From Sulfurihydrogenibium sp. (GTDB lineage Bacteria; Aquificota; Aquificia; Aquificales; Hydrogenothermaceae), in NCBI GenBank assembly GCA_037442825.1, contig JBBIPN010000020.1, forward strand, positions 1 to 19,172: 19,172 nt of DNA. Reading direction: 5' to 3'. The notes beneath the pieces are model-generated. The model did not search any database and was not told where the DNA came from. It worked only from the letters and a program-made list of their open reading frames with translations. How positions within the stretch are numbered: the stretch's first letter is position 1; every line of letters begins with the position of its first letter. The translations under genes and the position numbers were made by a program. Shown here in pieces: positions 17,069-19,172 of this stretch.

Positions 17069-17533
17069 ATGAAAGTTACTGAAGGGAAGTTAACAGCAGA
17101 AAATTTGAAATTTGGAATAGTTTTAGGAAGATTCAACAGTTTTATTACAGAAAGATTATTAGAAGGTGCTATTGATTGTATACTAAGACATAATGGAAAA
17201 AAAGAAAATATAGAAGTTTTTAAAGTTCCAGGTTCTTTTGAGATACCATTAATAGCTAAAAAACTTGCAAAATCTGGTAAGTACGATGCTATTATATGTT
17301 TAGGAGCAGTTATTAGAGGTTCTACTCCTCATTTTGATTATGTGGCAAATGAGGTTACAAAAGGAATAGCACAGGTTGGATTAGAAACAGAGGTTCCTGT
17401 AAGTTATGGTATCTTAACAACTGATACAATAGAACAAGCTATTGAAAGAGCAGGTACAAAGATGGGTAATAAAGGTTTTGATGCTGCCTTGACAGCTATA
17501 GAGATGGTAAACTTGATTAAACAGATAGGATAA
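17069..17533 (+). CDS. ribH: 6,7-dimethyl-8-ribityllumazine synthase
   Basis: [33 protein letters not shown] and NKG motifs. Confidence 0.98.
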   Translation: MKVTEGKLTAENLKFGIVLGRFNSFITERLLEGAIDCILRHNGKKENIEVFKVPGSFEIPLIAKKLAKSGKYDAIICLGAVIRGSTPHFDYVANEVTKGIAQVGLETEVPVSYGILTTDTIEQAIERAGTKMGNKGFDAALTAIEMVNLIKQIG

Positions 17534-17536
17534 TCT

Positions 17537-18022
17537 ATGGATAAGATATCATTTGTAAAAGAAAAAAATTTAAAAAAGAGAGTAAGGGGAATATTATTTA
17601 GAATACTCTTCTCCTTTGATTTTAGGGAAGAAAACATTTTTGATGTTGCAAAGGAGTATATAAACTTAAAAAAAATACCAGAAGAGATAAAGAATAATGT
17701 TGTTGATATTTTAAACTTTTATGAAGAAAATAAAGAAAAGATTGATGAGATTATAAAATCTTATTTAGAAAAATGGAGACTTGAAAGATTAGGTTTTGTT
17801 GAAAGAGCAGCTTTAAGACTTGGTATAGCAGAGTTGTTAATTATAAACAGTAAAAATTTTAATCCTGAGGAAAAATCAAGAGAAATTAAAAGATTAATAT
17901 TGGATATTTTAGATATTGTGGACTGTTATACAAACTCTAAAAATTCTGTACGGTTTGTTAATGGTATTATTGGAAAAGCAAATAGAGAAATAGAGAAAAA
18001 TGAGAATAGTATTCATATCTGA
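17537..18022 (+). CDS. nusB: Transcription antitermination factor NusB
   Basis: IDEII...WRLERLGFVERAALRLGIAEL and FVNGII; conserved ribH-nusB order. Confidence 0.9.
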   Translation: MDKISFVKEKNLKKRVRGILFRILFSFDFREENIFDVAKEYINLKKIPEEIKNNVVDILNFYEENKEKIDEIIKSYLEKWRLERLGFVERAALRLGIAELLIINSKNFNPEEKSREIKRLILDILDIVDCYTNSKNSVRFVNGIIGKANREIEKNENSIHI

Positions 18023-18725
18023 TATTCATAGTAATATCTATGCATTAGAGGCTTTAGAGAAAGATTTAAAAAATAGAAGTTATGATTCTATTTACTGTCT
18101 TGGAGATATTGTTGGCTATGGTGCAAATCCAGTAGAAGTAGTTGAATGGATTATGGAAAATATAAACTTTTCGTTAAGAGGAAATCATGACACATTAATA
18201 TCAAGAGCTGAACCAATAGATATGCATAATCCTTATACGTTAAAAGCAGCTTACTATAATATAGAAATTTTAAAAAACAAACATAAAGAATTTCTAAAAA
18301 GCCTGTCTAAAGATTTTGAAAATGAGAAATTTGTTTTAACACACGATGAACCTTGTATTCCTGGAAGTATGGAATATATAACAAAGATAAAAGAAGCAAA
18401 AGATACATTTTCAGCTTTTCATCAACAAATGTGCTTTTTCGGTCATACTCATTTACCTGGTATTTTTGAGAAAGATGATGAAGATATATCTTTCATAAAG
18501 GATGATAAAATTTATTTAAAAGAACACTGTAAATATTTAATAAATCCTGGTAGTGTAGGGCAACCAAGAGATAAAGATCCAAGGTTATCTTATATCATCT
18601 ATGATGATGAAGAACAAAGTGTAGAGTTTATAAGAGTTGAGTATGAAATAGAAAAAGCTGCAAGAGATATTTTAAATGCAGGTTTACCTACTATTTTTGC
18701 AAACAGACTTTATAGAGGAATTTAG
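18000..18725 (+). CDS. Calcineurin-like metallophosphoesterase
   Basis: SDIHSN, LGDIVGYG, GNHD, GHTH and NPGSVGQPRD motifs. Confidence 0.93.
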   Translation: MRIVFISDIHSNIYALEALEKDLKNRSYDSIYCLGDIVGYGANPVEVVEWIMENINFSLRGNHDTLISRAEPIDMHNPYTLKAAYYNIEILKNKHKEFLKSLSKDFENEKFVLTHDEPCIPGSMEYITKIKEAKDTFSAFHQQMCFFGHTHLPGIFEKDDEDISFIKDDKIYLKEHCKYLINPGSVGQPRDKDPRLSYIIYDDEEQSVEFIRVEYEIEKAARDILNAGLPTIFANRLYRGI

Positions 18726-18752
18726 CACAGACGTTAAGTCTGTGCCTTTTTA
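18725..18752. terminator. Intrinsic terminator between the convergent phosphoesterase and yajC
   Basis: GCACAGAC-gttaa-GTCTGTGC followed by ctttttt. Confidence 0.8.
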
Positions 18753-18755
18753 TTA

Positions 18756-19055
18756 TTAGCTTTTACTCTCTTGAGATTCTTCTTGATAGTATGAAGATAG
18801 AGAAGCTTTTAAAACTTTTATCAAACAACCTTCACAAACTCTTAAAGTAACTGTTTTATCTTCTATACTCTTTATTTCTCCAACTATACCACCAACTGTT
18901 ATTACTTTTTCACCTTTCTTTAGATTGTTAATAAACTCCAGATGCTTTTTTCTTTGTTGTTGTTGTGGTCTGTAAAGTAAAAAGTAGAAGATACCAACTA
19001 GTAAAACCATCCAAACTATTGCACTTATTAAGCTTGCCATTGGATCACCCTGCAT
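18756..19055 (-). CDS. yajC: Preprotein translocase subunit YajC
   Basis: TM segment then FYFLLYRPQQ...LKKGEKVITVGGIVG. Start moved to ATG at 19055 (AAGGAGG upstream) from the ORF-track 19115. Confidence 0.95.
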   Translation of the reverse strand: MQGDPMASLISAIVWMVLLVGIFYFLLYRPQQQQRKKHLEFINNLKKGEKVITVGGIVGEIKSIEDKTVTLRVCEGCLIKVLKASLSSYYQEESQESKS

Positions 19056-19097
19056 AAAAAACCTCCTTTTAATAATAAAAAAAGTGAATAAATTAAT

Positions 19098-19114
19098 TTG
19101 GTATAATTTTAGCA
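19098..19114. promoter_or_regulatory. Bidirectional promoter core, also matching sigma54 GG-N10-GC spacing
   Basis: TTGGTATAATTTTAGCA: plus strand TGgTATAAT (19099-19107); minus strand TGcTAAAAT (19114-19106). Confidence 0.55.
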
Positions 19115-19155
19115 AAATTGAAATTAATTAACAAGATTAGAAGGAGGTTTTATAG

Positions 19156-19172
19156 TTGGTATACGATGCATA
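19156..19172 (+). CDS. Probable start of the next gene (MVYDA...), truncated by the window edge
   Basis: AAGGAGG (19141-19147) 8 nt before TTG at 19156; too short to identify. Confidence 0.5.

Noticed and set aside
16933..17637. Minus-strand ORFs 16933-17136 and 17404-17637
   Set aside because: Antisense to the lipoprotein, ribH and nusB genes.
17537..18022. NusB as a degenerate gene or pseudogene (lacks the INEA motif, has an insertion)
   Set aside because: The ORF is intact and its motifs resemble Aquificota-type NusB; ribH-nusB synteny is preserved.

Overview
This is a very AT-rich, gene-dense chromosomal core region. It most likely comes from an Aquificota bacterium of the Hydrogenothermaceae type (Sulfurihydrogenibium/Persephonella-like), inferred from the PspA and NusB sequence types. 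Gene content: a minus-strand mixed operon hemA-lptC-lptA-ExeA-like ATPase-SAM methyltransferase-murF-gap-trpG/pabA (partial); an O-methyltransferase; class V aminotransferase-pspA-hisZ; slyD; LOG-flavin reductase-Fur; rpsP-khpA; tsaE; dapA; Gfo/Idh/MocA oxidoreductase-DegT aminotransferase (GnnA/GnnB-like)-lipoprotein-ribH-nusB-metallophosphoesterase; and yajC. I see no rRNA, tRNA, CRISPR array or mobile element. The most interesting signals are non-coding: (1) a switch-like RNA element (terminator, alternative stem and 9-nt anti-SD) plus tandem operators upstream of a probable serine-biosynthesis operon; (2) two near-identical hybrid sigma54/sigma70 promoter motifs, one before a probable lipid A precursor gene pair; (3) a perfect palindrome upstream of slyD; (4) recurrent extended -10 and bidirectional promoters. 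All regulatory calls were made by eye and are untested.
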